From contig CBDBZU010000004.1 of assembly GCA_965213625.1 (NCBI GenBank), positions 1,408,001 to 1,472,000 of the forward strand: DNA of 64,000 bases, written 5' to 3'. The DNA comes from a bacterium (GTDB lineage Bacteria > UBA8248). The notes under the pieces were generated by a model. It was given only the letters and a program-made list of their open reading frames with translations. It was not told the DNA's origin and ran no database searches. Positions 10,228-20,055 of the stretch are shown in pieces. Numbering within the stretch: the first letter of the stretch is position 1; each line of letters begins with the position of its first letter. The position numbers and the translations under genes were made by a program.

Positions 10228-11448
10228 TCAAAGAAGCAGGCGGTCGTCCATGCGCGAGCGCGTCAGCACCTCGTGTCCCTCTTCGGTGATGAGCACCGTC
10301 TCCTCGATGCGCACGCCGCCGCCTCCGGGCACGTCGGGCACCCAGATGAGCGGCTCGATGGCGAACACCATCCCCGGTTCCAGATCGACTTCTTCAGAAT
10401 CGGGGTCCGGTTCTCCGATGTAGGGTGGCTCGTTGGGCGAGGTGCCCAGCGCGTGGCCGATGCTGAGTGAGAACCAGTTCTTCCGCAAGCCGTATTTCTC
10501 GCCCGTCTCCCAGATTCGTTCGGCCACCTGTTTGTTCGTGAAGCCCGGACGCGTGCGCTCGAGCCCCAACTGCAGGGCTTCGTGCACGGCGGTGTAGATT
10601 TCCTTTTGCCGCTTCGAGGGTTTCCCGCAGATCATCGTGCGGGCCACGTCACCGAAGTACCCGTTCCACTGCGCGCCGATGTCGATGAACACCATGTCAC
10701 CGCTGCGAATAATCTTGTCGCTCGCGAAGCGGTAGGGGGGCGACATGTGCTCGCCCGAGGCGACGAAGGGGGAGACCAGATGCGCCATTTCGCCCCCGTA
10801 GTGGTGGAGCACCTTCATGGCGTCGGCGGCCACGTCGCACTCGCGCTTTCCGGCCCGCACGCTGTCCATCGCCTCCTCGTTCACGGCGTCGGCTATCGCG
10901 CAGGCCTCGCGGATCATGTAGACCTCCTCGGACATCTTGTGCCGGCGCACCCTGTGCATGAACGAATCGCCGTTCACGAACTCCACGTCGTCCAGGTGCT
11001 TCTGGTAGGCGCTGAACTGAATGAACGTCATCAAGTCGAGTCCCACCCGTTTGCCGATGAGGCCCAGTTCCTCGAAGAGGGGGCGCAGCGTCTCGCGGAT
11101 CATCTTGTCCACGAGGGGCTGTTCCTCCATCTTCGCGAGGTGGTGGAATTTCTCAATCCAGGGCATGTCGCGCGAGACGCGGGGTATCTCGCCCCCGTTG
11201 GTCATGACGTGCGCTCTACCCTCCTGAGGGAGGATGACGGCGTTTCTCGTTCCCTCGCGGTGCGCCAGAAAAGAAGACCTCATGCTCGTGAGGTAGCGCA
11301 CGTTCTCGACCTTCCAGAGGAAAAGGGCGTCGATATCCTGCTCCGCCATCGCCTTTTGCGCCTTGTCCACGCGCTTTTGGCGAAGCGCGCCCACGTCGAC
11401 GCGCTCCTCGTAGTCGACGTTGAATTGGCCCCGCGCGAATCCCGGCAT
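10228..11448 (-). CDS. M24 family (Xaa-Pro peptidase-like) hydrolase
   Basis: Creatinase-type N-domain plus metal ligands FIDIG..GYFGD, GHALG, AIEP, RIEET. Confidence 0.88.
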   Translation of the reverse strand: MPGFARGQFNVDYEERVDVGALRQKRVDKAQKAMAEQDIDALFLWKVENVRYLTSMRSSFLAHREGTRNAVILPQEGRAHVMTNGGEIPRVSRDMPWIEKFHHLAKMEEQPLVDKMIRETLRPLFEELGLIGKRVGLDLMTFIQFSAYQKHLDDVEFVNGDSFMHRVRRHKMSEEVYMIREACAIADAVNEEAMDSVRAGKRECDVAADAMKVLHHYGGEMAHLVSPFVASGEHMSPPYRFASDKIIRSGDMVFIDIGAQWNGYFGDVARTMICGKPSKRQKEIYTAVHEALQLGLERTRPGFTNKQVAERIWETGEKYGLRKNWFSLSIGHALGTSPNEPPYIGEPDPDSEEVDLEPGMVFAIEPLIWVPDVPGGGGVRIEETVLITEEGHEVLTRSRMDDRLLL

Positions 11449-11520
11449 GAGTTTCCTCTCCTCTGGCGGGACGCCCTTGCTCTGCGTCCCAATAGTTTCT
11501 TGGCAAAATTCGGATTGTTC

Positions 11521-11901
11521 TTAAGGTTCTTCCACCAGTTCGATCACGACGTTATCGGGCGCGATGATGAATGCCGTCCTCGAACCCAGAACGCCGTCCC
11601 CCGGTTTTTTCGTGAAGACGACGCCTGCTTTCTCGAGGCGTTCGGCCACTTCGTCGATGCCGTCCACCTGGATTCCGAAGTGGTGGAGTCCGCGGCCCAC
11701 CTTCGCCATGGAATCGTCCTCATCGGCTCTCAGGCCGCGTATGCGGATTTCCACCTCACCGAGCATGACGCTGATGTAGGGAGATCCCCGGTATTCAATC
11801 TCGGGCGTGTAAAGCTCGCCGCCGAAGTGGTTGATGTAGAAATCCGCCGCCGCCTGGGGGTCCTTGGCGACGTGGTGCACGTGATGGGTTCGTGAGGCCA
11901 C
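11521..11901 (-). CDS. VOC/glyoxalase family protein
   Basis: HHVH, GLHHFGIQVD, APDNVVIELVE. Confidence 0.88.
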   Translation of the reverse strand: MASRTHHVHHVAKDPQAAADFYINHFGGELYTPEIEYRGSPYISVMLGEVEIRIRGLRADEDDSMAKVGRGLHHFGIQVDGIDEVAERLEKAGVVFTKKPGDGVLGSRTAFIIAPDNVVIELVEEP

Positions 11902-11936
11902 CCTGTTTCCTCCCTTGTTGGTGATGGGTTCAGAGC

Positions 11937-13214
11937 CTAGAGGCCGTCTCCGACGGCGACGTATGCGCCGCCGGGCACGGGATTCTCATCGTCGTTTCGC
12001 GCGCCCCACTGGCCGGTGATGGCGTACATCGCCCGCACCTTCTTCATGTTGTTTCCGCCGTCGCTCGAGAAGAGCATGTTGTGCGTATCGCGGAACCATT
12101 TCTCCAGGAAATTTTCGCGCTGCACGCCCACGCCCGCGTGTATCTCCATCGCCATCTTCGTGACGTCGCAGGAGATCTCGTGCGCGAAGGCGCTGGCGGT
12201 GAGCGTCATGGGCGGGTCGATGGGAATCTCGTGGCGCATGTCCTGACGCCATGCCGCGTAGTGCACGTAGGCGCGCGCCGCCTGGATTTTCGTGTACATG
12301 TCGACGAGCTTGATGCCGACCGATTGGTGATGCGCGATGGGGCGTCCGCTCTGGTGCCGGTTTTGCGCGAATTCGAGCGATTTCTCATACGCCGCGCGCG
12401 CCACGCCAATCTGGCCCGCCGCGTTGATGAGGGCGTCGCCGCGCAGGTGCCGCCTGATGTAGGAGACGCCGCAGTTCTCGGGTCCCAGGCGGTATTTCGC
12501 GGGGACTATCGCGTTATCGAAGATGATCTCCGCGTTCTGGTTCAGGCGGTAGCCCATCTTGTTGTGTACCTTGCCCATCTTCACGCCGGGCGCGTCCATC
12601 GGCACCATGAGAAGGGAAGCGCCCTGCTCGACGCCCACATCGGGATTCGTGCGCACGAACGTGAACATCAGCCGCGCCCAGCCCACGTTCGAAATGAAGT
12701 GCTTCTTCCCGTTCACGATGTAGTTGTCGCCGTCGAGCACGGCGGTGGTCTGGTATCCGCCGTCCGCTCCGTTGTAGGGAATCTGGTTCTCGGAACCCGA
12801 GGCGGGCTCGGTCGTCGCCGTGCCGATGAGGAACGTGGGGTCGCTCACGTACTCGCGCATCCAGTAGTCCGCCAGTTCCGCGTCTCCCAGAAGCTCGCTC
12901 GCGAGGATGTGGGAGATCTTCGTGGAAGACAGCATGAACCCCGTGGCGCCCCTGTCGCCCCAGGAAATCTCCTCGCCCACGATGCAGTGGGTGAGCAGGT
13001 CTTCCACACCGCCGCCGCCGTATTCCTTTGGGATGCTCATTGTTCTGAGGCCCGTCTTGTCGAGTTTTTCGAGAAGATGGGGCATGTAGGCGCAATTGAG
13101 CGGGTCCTGCTGATGGTCCAGCTCCAGGCTGATGGGCCGGATTTCATCCCGCGCGAATTCATGCGCAATCCTTTGATATTCTTGTTGTTCATCCGTCATT
13201 CGGTAGTCGAACAT
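11937..13214 (-). CDS. Acyl-CoA dehydrogenase family protein
   Basis: PKEYGGGG, TEPASGS, NGKKHFISN, KMGYR, EKWFRD. Confidence 0.9.
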   Translation of the reverse strand: MFDYRMTDEQQEYQRIAHEFARDEIRPISLELDHQQDPLNCAYMPHLLEKLDKTGLRTMSIPKEYGGGGVEDLLTHCIVGEEISWGDRGATGFMLSSTKISHILASELLGDAELADYWMREYVSDPTFLIGTATTEPASGSENQIPYNGADGGYQTTAVLDGDNYIVNGKKHFISNVGWARLMFTFVRTNPDVGVEQGASLLMVPMDAPGVKMGKVHNKMGYRLNQNAEIIFDNAIVPAKYRLGPENCGVSYIRRHLRGDALINAAGQIGVARAAYEKSLEFAQNRHQSGRPIAHHQSVGIKLVDMYTKIQAARAYVHYAAWRQDMRHEIPIDPPMTLTASAFAHEISCDVTKMAMEIHAGVGVQRENFLEKWFRDTHNMLFSSDGGNNMKKVRAMYAITGQWGARNDDENPVPGGAYVAVGDGL

Positions 13215-13268
13215 GGGTCTCCTTCCTTCCAGTGATGGGCGGGTCTACCCCGCCGGAGCCATTTGCGT

Positions 13269-14300
13269 CTAGTCGTCTTCTTCTAGTATCTCCGCCACTT
13301 CCACGGGCTCACCGCGCTCCCATGAGCGCATGGCCGCCCACACGGCGCCAAGAACGTGAAGTCCTTCCGCTCCGCCCACCTCGGGTGGACGCTTTTCCCG
13401 GACGGCGCCTGCGAAATCCTTGAATTCCTCAATCAGGTAATCCTGCCGGGGGTATTCCTCATAAGGGATTTCCTCACGTTTCTCCCCGTCTTTTTTGAGG
13501 ATTTTGATGCCCTCCCACCTGTCGTGGTAGAGGTTCGCCTCATCCCCGTATGCGTTCATGAAGTAGGTATATCGCCCGTTCGGCGTGCGCGGACTGATGA
13601 AGCTCGTCCCCAGGGTGCCGAGCAGGCCGGATTCGAACTCGAACCATACGACGCTCACATCGGGGATTTCCGATTTCGTCTTAATCTTGCTGAACGCCGC
13701 CGACGCGCGCTTTATCGGCCCGTAGAGATAGAGCAGGTTGTCCACCTGGTGGATGGCCACCTGGAGCAGCGGGCCGCCGGGGGAGCCTTCCGCGTACCAT
13801 TGCCAGTTGTCCGGCGTGTAGTGGAGCCCCCGGTCGTTCGAGTAGTTGGTTTCGGCCATCGCGAGAGTGCCGATGGTTCCCTCATCGAGCATTTGCTTGA
13901 AGAGACGATGGCCTCTGAGCCATCTCGAGCTCGCGCCGACCGCGAGGGTGACACCAGCGTCCTCGCAGGCGCGGATCATCTTTTTGGCGTCCGCGATGGA
14001 GGCGGCGATCGGCTTGTCGACGAGTACGTGCTTTCCCTGCTCGGCGGCCGTCATCGCAAGTTCGGCGTGCTTGTTGTTGGGCGCCGCTATGACCACGGCG
14101 TCCACCTCGGGGTGGCGGACAACCGCCTCGTAGCTCTCCTCTTCACCGCATGAGAATTTTTCGCTGAACGCCTTTCGTTTTTCGGGCGTCCTGGTGAAGC
14201 ACGTGGTGATTTTCATCCCGGGCGTTCTTTCGATATAGGACGCCAGTGTGTTGCCCCAGCGGCCCAGCCCGACCACGGCCACCCTCAATGGATCGCTCAT
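13269..14300 (-). CDS. Gfo/Idh/MocA family oxidoreductase
   Basis: VVGLGRWG, HVLVDKP, GGPLLQVAIH. Confidence 0.9.
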   Translation of the reverse strand: MSDPLRVAVVGLGRWGNTLASYIERTPGMKITTCFTRTPEKRKAFSEKFSCGEEESYEAVVRHPEVDAVVIAAPNNKHAELAMTAAEQGKHVLVDKPIAASIADAKKMIRACEDAGVTLAVGASSRWLRGHRLFKQMLDEGTIGTLAMAETNYSNDRGLHYTPDNWQWYAEGSPGGPLLQVAIHQVDNLLYLYGPIKRASAAFSKIKTKSEIPDVSVVWFEFESGLLGTLGTSFISPRTPNGRYTYFMNAYGDEANLYHDRWEGIKILKKDGEKREEIPYEEYPRQDYLIEEFKDFAGAVREKRPPEVGGAEGLHVLGAVWAAMRSWERGEPVEVAEILEEDD

Positions 14301-14328
14301 CAGGTATTTCTCCTCATTCCGTAATGAC

Positions 14329-15234
14329 TCATAACGATTTCAAGCGCGGGTCCAGCACGTTTCTCAGCCAATCGCCCACCAGGTTCGCACCCAGCACCGT
14401 CACCGTAATCGCCAGACCGGGCAGGGTGACGACCCACCAGGATGTATAGAGATGCACCTTCCCGTCGCTGAGCAGCCCACCCCAGGTGGGCGTGGGCGGC
14501 GGTACGCCGAGACCCAGGAAGCTCAGACCCGCCTCGATGATGATCATCCGCCCCAGGTACAGGGACGCGATGATGATGACGGGCGCCAGTACGTTCGGGA
14601 GTATATGGCGGACGATGATGCGGAAATGACTCCCGCCGATGCTCCGCGCCGCCTGGACGAACTCCTGCTCGCGCAGCGTGAGCACCTCGCCGCGCACGAC
14701 GCGGGCGTAGATGACCCAGATGCGCATCGACATCACGAGTATCAACACGACCAGGCTCGGCCCCACGATGGCGATGGTCGCCAGGGCCAGCAGTATGAAC
14801 GGAAATGAGAGCACCAGGTCCACGAGCCGCATGAGCAGAAAATCCACCTTTCCGCCGAAATAACCCGCCACCAGACCCACGCAAAGTCCAAAACATCCCG
14901 TGAGCAAAACGGCGAAAAAGCCCACCAGCAGTGAGATGCGCGCGCCGTATATCAGCCTGCTCAGAAAATCTCGCCCCAGGTGGTCCGTGCCGAGCAGATA
15001 GATTTGCTGGCCGTCCGACCACATGGGCGGTTTGAGGTTCCTGTCCAGGAGTTGCGCCTGGGGGTCCATGGGCGCGAGCAGCGGCGCGAATACGGCCATC
15101 ACCACCACTGTTATGAGAATAATGCAGCCCAGGAGTGCGGATTTGTCCTTCCACAGGAGCGCCCATATCCTCGGGCGATCGGGGAGTTCCTCGATCTCCA
15201 TGGAATCCTGAAATGTGAGCGCTTGTTCTCTCAT
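14329..15234 (-). CDS. Peptide/nickel ABC transporter permease (DppC/OppC type)
   Basis: LGTDHLGRD, EFVQAARSIG, HILPN, EAGLSFLGLG; start set at MREQAL, overlapping the upstream stop. Confidence 0.92.
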   Translation of the reverse strand: MREQALTFQDSMEIEELPDRPRIWALLWKDKSALLGCIILITVVVMAVFAPLLAPMDPQAQLLDRNLKPPMWSDGQQIYLLGTDHLGRDFLSRLIYGARISLLVGFFAVLLTGCFGLCVGLVAGYFGGKVDFLLMRLVDLVLSFPFILLALATIAIVGPSLVVLILVMSMRIWVIYARVVRGEVLTLREQEFVQAARSIGGSHFRIIVRHILPNVLAPVIIIASLYLGRMIIIEAGLSFLGLGVPPPTPTWGGLLSDGKVHLYTSWWVVTLPGLAITVTVLGANLVGDWLRNVLDPRLKSL

Positions 15235-16148
15235 TCGTATGAAATCCTGGGGTCGAGATAGGCGTAGACGAGGTCCACCGTCAGGTTGATGATCACGAAC
15301 CCCGACGCCAGAAGAAACACGGCGGCCTGGACGATCGGAAAATCGCGATTGGCGATCGAATCGACCACCAGGCGCCCGACCCCCGGCCATGCGAAAACGA
15401 CCTCGATAATAACGGTTCCGCCGAGCAGAATCCCCAAATCCAGTCCCATGACGGTCACGATGGGAATCGAGGAGTTCTTTAAGGCGTGAACCATGAGCAC
15501 GATTTTTTCGCTCAGCCCCTTCGCCCGCGCCGTCGTAATGTAGTCCTGGCGGAGCACTTCGAGCATCTGGGAGCGCATGAGCCTCGCGAGCCGGGCGAGG
15601 TGATACGTGGAGGCGGCGAAAGCCGGCATGATGAAGTGCTCCCACCCCCCGCGCCCGAAAGAGGGCAGAAGCCCCAGTGTCACCGAGAAGAACATGATGA
15701 ACATGATCGCCAGCCAGAAATCTGGAATCGCCTGCATCAGCACCGTGATGCCTACGCACCCCTTGTCGTAGGATGAGCCTTCTTTGAAAGCCGCCAGACA
15801 GCCGAATGGAATTCCGATGACGACGGCGAAAACGAAGGCCCCGACCGCCATCTCAATCGTCGCCGGGAAATGCTCCAGAACGAGGCCCATGGCCGATTCG
15901 CCGTGTTCGGTGGATTCCCCGAAATTCCCCTGCAGCGCGTTTTTCAGGAAACGCCAGTACTGCACGTGGAGCGGCTGGTCGAACCCCATGAGTTTTCTCA
16001 AGTGTTCGATGTCTTCGTGGGTCGCATCGGTGTCGAGCATCACCAGGACGGGGTCGCCCGTCATGTGAAGCAGGAGAAACACGATGATCATGACGCACTT
16101 GAGGAGGACTACCGCCTGAATCAAGCGCTTGAAGACATATCCGGCCAT
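15231..16148 (-). CDS. Peptide/nickel ABC transporter permease (DppB/OppB type)
   Basis: GFDQPL.VQY, DYITTARAKGL, HALKN, EVVFAWPGVG, RDFP. Confidence 0.92.
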   Translation of the reverse strand: MAGYVFKRLIQAVVLLKCVMIIVFLLLHMTGDPVLVMLDTDATHEDIEHLRKLMGFDQPLHVQYWRFLKNALQGNFGESTEHGESAMGLVLEHFPATIEMAVGAFVFAVVIGIPFGCLAAFKEGSSYDKGCVGITVLMQAIPDFWLAIMFIMFFSVTLGLLPSFGRGGWEHFIMPAFAASTYHLARLARLMRSQMLEVLRQDYITTARAKGLSEKIVLMVHALKNSSIPIVTVMGLDLGILLGGTVIIEVVFAWPGVGRLVVDSIANRDFPIVQAAVFLLASGFVIINLTVDLVYAYLDPRISYE

Positions 16149-16258
16149 AGGAACACCCAGAGACAAGGAACGGAATTATTTCATTTCGAGGACGACTTGC
16201 GCCGCTCTGCCGGAGGATTGAGACCGACACCAACCCGCGGCAGGAGTTTCGCGAACGC

Positions 16259-16298
16259 CTCCGGCCAGGGCGGGGTTAATGCCCGCACCCGGCCGGAG
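16259..16298 (-). other. Intercistronic stem-loop after the substrate-binding protein gene
   Basis: CTCCGGCC...GGCCGGAG inverted repeat at the typical mRNA-stabilising position in ABC operons. Confidence 0.55.
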
Positions 16299-16323
16299 CT
16301 TCGTTTCGAATTAAAGGTCGTTT

Positions 16324-17838
16324 CTACTTCAGGCCGACCTCTGCGGCTATCAGTTTTCCGTCGGCGCGTGGTTTCCAGTCTATCTTCTTGTTCGCGCCGA
16401 AGATGCGGAAAGTCTGATACAGCGGAACGATCGGCACCTTGTCATAACGCAGAACGCGGGCGATTTCCTGGTATTTCTTCTCCCGCGCCTTGTCGTCCAG
16501 TGTGGAGCGCGCGTCGTTGATCATCGCGTCCACGGCCTTGTCGCGGAATCCGCCGTAGGCCGAACGACTGCTGATGGCGCCGGCGAACATGTGCTCGGCG
16601 CTGAAGGCCGTGTTCATGCGCGCCAGGTAATACAGGAACGGCTTCACGTTCTTCTTGTATTTGCTGAAGATGATCTTCTTCATCGCGCCCCATTCCATCA
16701 CGCGAACGTTCGCCTTGAGGCCGACTTTCCCCCACTGGCCGGCGATGCCCTCGAGCGCTTCCTTGCCCATCATGAAGCGACCACGGGGGATGTACACGTC
16801 GAAGGAGAATCCCTTCGCGAATCCGGCCTCGGCGAGCAGCTTCTTCGCCTGGGCGGGATCGTAGGGATACGGTTTGAGTTCGGGGTTGAAGCCGAAGCTC
16901 GCGGGACCCTGAATGATCGCCACCGATTTGGCGAAGCCCATCATCACGTTCTTGGTGATGGCCTCACGGTTGATCGCCAGGTTCATGGCTTTGCGCACCC
17001 GGACGTCCATCCAGGGCGCGCCTTCTTTGATCACCATCAGGATGTAGTTCGTGCGCGGCGACTGCTTGGCGATAACATCCGTTTTGCCGCCCGCCCGGAC
17101 GCGGTCGCTCAAGGCCGGGGGCAGGTTGTCGATGACGTCCACGTCGCCCGAGATGAGCGCGGAGACGCGCGTGGTGGACTCAGGAATGAATTTCACTACC
17201 GCCGTCTTCACCCTGGGCTTTCTCCAGGCGTTGGGGTTTGCCTCGTACACGACTTCCTGTCCCTTGCGCCATTTCTTCATCACGAAGGGTCCGCTGCCCA
17301 CCGGGTTGCGCGAGAGGTGTTTCTTGTCGTGTTTCTTGTAATAATTCGGCGGCACGATGAAGCCGTAGATCGCCAGGAACGGCGGGAGCATGGGGTCTGG
17401 TTTTTTCGTGTGGATCCGGACCGTGTGCTCATCCACTACTTCCAGTTTCGTCATGCTCTTGAAGTAGCGGTACTGCCTCGACTTCATCTTGGGGTCGAGA
17501 ATCCGCTCGAAGCTGAACTTTACCGCCTCTGCGTTCACGGGGTCCCCGTTGCTGAATTTCACGCCCTTCCTGATTTTGAACTCCCAAACCTTGGGGCTCA
17601 CCATCTTGTAGCTCTCGGCGAGTTGGTTCGTCATCGAGCCGTCGGGAGCGCGTGCGAGCAGCGTCTCGAAGACGTTCGGGTGATGCATCGAAATCGGCAA
17701 AGAACTGAAGGTGTGCGGATCGAACGTCGTCAAAGCGCCGGCCATTCCCAGCACCACCTTCCCCTTGGGCGCCGCCTTCGCTCCCACGGGGAGCAGCAGC
17801 AACGAAAGAACGACCATCCAAAGCCATAGCCTCTTCAT
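16324..17838 (-). CDS. ABC transporter substrate-binding protein, family 5
   Basis: Signal peptide, RKGVKFSNG, PVGSGPF, VRKAMNLAINR, YPYDPAQAKKLLAEAG. Confidence 0.93.
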   Translation of the reverse strand: MKRLWLWMVVLSLLLLPVGAKAAPKGKVVLGMAGALTTFDPHTFSSLPISMHHPNVFETLLARAPDGSMTNQLAESYKMVSPKVWEFKIRKGVKFSNGDPVNAEAVKFSFERILDPKMKSRQYRYFKSMTKLEVVDEHTVRIHTKKPDPMLPPFLAIYGFIVPPNYYKKHDKKHLSRNPVGSGPFVMKKWRKGQEVVYEANPNAWRKPRVKTAVVKFIPESTTRVSALISGDVDVIDNLPPALSDRVRAGGKTDVIAKQSPRTNYILMVIKEGAPWMDVRVRKAMNLAINREAITKNVMMGFAKSVAIIQGPASFGFNPELKPYPYDPAQAKKLLAEAGFAKGFSFDVYIPRGRFMMGKEALEGIAGQWGKVGLKANVRVMEWGAMKKIIFSKYKKNVKPFLYYLARMNTAFSAEHMFAGAISSRSAYGGFRDKAVDAMINDARSTLDDKAREKKYQEIARVLRYDKVPIVPLYQTFRIFGANKKIDWKPRADGKLIAAEVGLK

Positions 17839-17877
17839 CTCGTGTTCCTCCTTTTTAAATAAGAATCAACCAAGCCA

Positions 17878-19020
17878 TCAGAGACAAACCAATTCATCCG
17901 TACTCGTGTTCAGTGGTTCATAGCCACCATCTGTGACCAGATAGGTTTCACCCCAGAAAATCTGGCGGTCGGGTCCCAGGTTGAACATGGGATGCGTCGT
18001 CACCACCATGCCGGGTTCAAGGTCTCCCTCGGATACCGGCGTGATCATGTAATCCGTGAGGTCCAGACCCGTGAGATGCACCAGCCCGTAGGGCCATACC
18101 TCGTAGCCGTGTTTCTCGAACACGTCGTTCATCGCCGTGACCATGCCGACCATCGGCTTACCCGGACCAAGATGCTCCAGCGAGGCGTCGCGCGCCTCGC
18201 GCACGACCTGGTGGGAGTCGACCAGCCATTTTTCCGCCTCGCCCAGGGCCAGTACCCGTACGATCTGGTTCCAGTATCCACGAACTCGGGGGGAGATTTC
18301 CAGCAAGACGGCGTCGCCGTTCTTGATGGGCCGGTCTGTCTGGGGGATGACGTAGCCCCAGGGCGCTTCGCCGCCGCCGGCCATGCTCGCCAAGCCCATC
18401 ATGTTGAAGTTTTCCGTCCCGCCCTCTGGGATGATCACCCGGTCCATCTCGGCGCGCATGTCGAGTTCCGTTACGCCTTCGCGTATGAAACCGCAGAGGT
18501 GATTCCACACCTTATCACCAAGTTGGGCCGCGTGGCGCGACATGGCGATTTCCTCTTCGCTTTGCACCAGGCGTAGCTTCCAGACGAGTTCGCCCGCCTC
18601 CACCCATTCTTTCGCGCTCACCTGGTCCTGAAGCTGCTGGTGCCAGGCGACGGGCATGATGGCGAGCGAGGAGATGCCGATTCTCGTGTTCGAACCGGCG
18701 ATTTCGCTCAGATGGTTGCATGCCTGCTTCGGAACGGGCGTCATGGCCTCGCAGCGCGTGTCGGAGATCCAGCCGTTTCGCAGGGATTCGATTCGCTGGT
18801 TCTCCACCCCCACGAACAGGACGGGTTCCCCCTCACGCGGGAATACCAGAATTTGCTGGCCTGAGAATGAGATGAAATTACTCACGTAGGCGAGATTGCC
18901 CGAACGAGTTCCCTGGCGGCCGCTGTTACCGTAGACGACGAGGATATCCAGACCCTCGCGCTCCATCGCCTCTCTTAGATTCGCGTGGCGGCGATCACGC
19001 TCTTTGGTCGATAAACCCAA
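17878..19020 (-). CDS. M24 family protein with substituted metal ligands (creatinase/amidinohydrolase-like)
   Basis: Pita-bread fold motifs, but E..Q, H and G at the usual D..D, E and E positions; TTG start. Confidence 0.8.
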   Translation of the reverse strand: MGLSTKERDRRHANLREAMEREGLDILVVYGNSGRQGTRSGNLAYVSNFISFSGQQILVFPREGEPVLFVGVENQRIESLRNGWISDTRCEAMTPVPKQACNHLSEIAGSNTRIGISSLAIMPVAWHQQLQDQVSAKEWVEAGELVWKLRLVQSEEEIAMSRHAAQLGDKVWNHLCGFIREGVTELDMRAEMDRVIIPEGGTENFNMMGLASMAGGGEAPWGYVIPQTDRPIKNGDAVLLEISPRVRGYWNQIVRVLALGEAEKWLVDSHQVVREARDASLEHLGPGKPMVGMVTAMNDVFEKHGYEVWPYGLVHLTGLDLTDYMITPVSEGDLEPGMVVTTHPMFNLGPDRQIFWGETYLVTDGGYEPLNTSTDELVCL

Positions 19021-19047
19021 CTTTCCTCTCCTTCGTGTTGCGCACCG

Positions 19048-19800
19048 TTAAAAGATCACTTTACCGCCCGAGACGGCCATGTTCACGCCCGTCACGTAGG
19101 CGGCTTCATCGCTGCAGAAAAACACCACGGCGCCGCCGACGTCTTCGGAACACCCCAGGCGCTTCATCGGAATGGTGTCGATATATTCTCTTTGATAATC
19201 ATCCGAATGTAGGATGGGCCGCTCCGTTTCGGTGAGGCCGGGAGAAACCATGTTGACCGTGATGCCGCTGGGGCCCATTTCCACGGCTAGGTTTTGCGAG
19301 AAATACAAGAGGGCGGATTTGACGGACCCGTAGGAATTCGTGCGCGCGCGCTTCTCGCCCAGGACGGTGGACAGCACATTCACGATGCGGCCCCAGCCCC
19401 GCTCCCGCATGCCCGGCAGCGCCGCCTGACAGCAATGGAACGCGCCTTTGAGCATCACCTGAATCTGGGGCTCGTAATCCTCCTCCCAGCTCATCTCCAT
19501 AAAGGCTCTGCCCTTCACCAGTTGCCGCGCGTTGTTGACGAGGATGTCGACGCGCCCCATCTCCTGCCCGCATTTTTCGAACATGCGCTCCACCTCGTCA
19601 TGCCGGCTCACGTCGGCCTGGACGCTGAAGGCGCTGCCGCCTCCTTCTCTAATTCCGCTCACTATTTCTTGCGCCGCCGCCTCACCTGCGTGGTAATGCA
19701 CGGCGACGGCGGCGCCTTCGCGCGCCAATGTCTGGGCGATGGCTTTTCCGATGCCGCGCGTTGCGCCGGTGACGAGTGCGGCGCGTCCCTCGAGTTTCAT
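19048..19800 (-). CDS. Short-chain dehydrogenase/reductase (FabG-like)
   Basis: TGATRGIG, LVNNA, YGSVK, VNMVSPG. Confidence 0.92.
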   Translation of the reverse strand: MKLEGRAALVTGATRGIGKAIAQTLAREGAAVAVHYHAGEAAAQEIVSGIREGGGSAFSVQADVSRHDEVERMFEKCGQEMGRVDILVNNARQLVKGRAFMEMSWEEDYEPQIQVMLKGAFHCCQAALPGMRERGWGRIVNVLSTVLGEKRARTNSYGSVKSALLYFSQNLAVEMGPSGITVNMVSPGLTETERPILHSDDYQREYIDTIPMKRLGCSEDVGGAVVFFCSDEAAYVTGVNMAVSGGKVIF

Positions 19801-19902
19801 GCGGTACTCATCCTAAGCGTGAACGAAAAATTATGAACTTTCGTGACCAAAGAAAACAATTCTCGCCTCTGGAATCTTGACGTAATAACGATCAAATAAA
19901 TC

Positions 19903-19933
19903 TTGAATAATGGTATTATATTTAATACCATTA
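19903..19933. promoter_or_regulatory. Candidate GntR/HutC operator overlapping a sigma70-like promoter
   Basis: Perfect 11-bp inverted repeat TAATGGTATTA-N4-TAATACCATTA (19908-19933) overlapping TTGAAT-17-TACCAT, between divergent operons. Confidence 0.7.
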
Positions 19934-20055
19934 AGGACCGCAAGTGTTATTTTAGAAAGCGGAGCATTTCCAACAGAGTTGCAATATGTGAAACTTGCGC
20001 CTTGCTTGAAACTCGAAGCTCATCGGATTACGAGTACCTGGAAAGCGAGGAAAGT

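Noticed and set aside
14329-15759. 476-aa extended permease from the ORF track
   Set aside because: The N-terminal part overlaps the DppB-type gene out of frame; the real start is 15234
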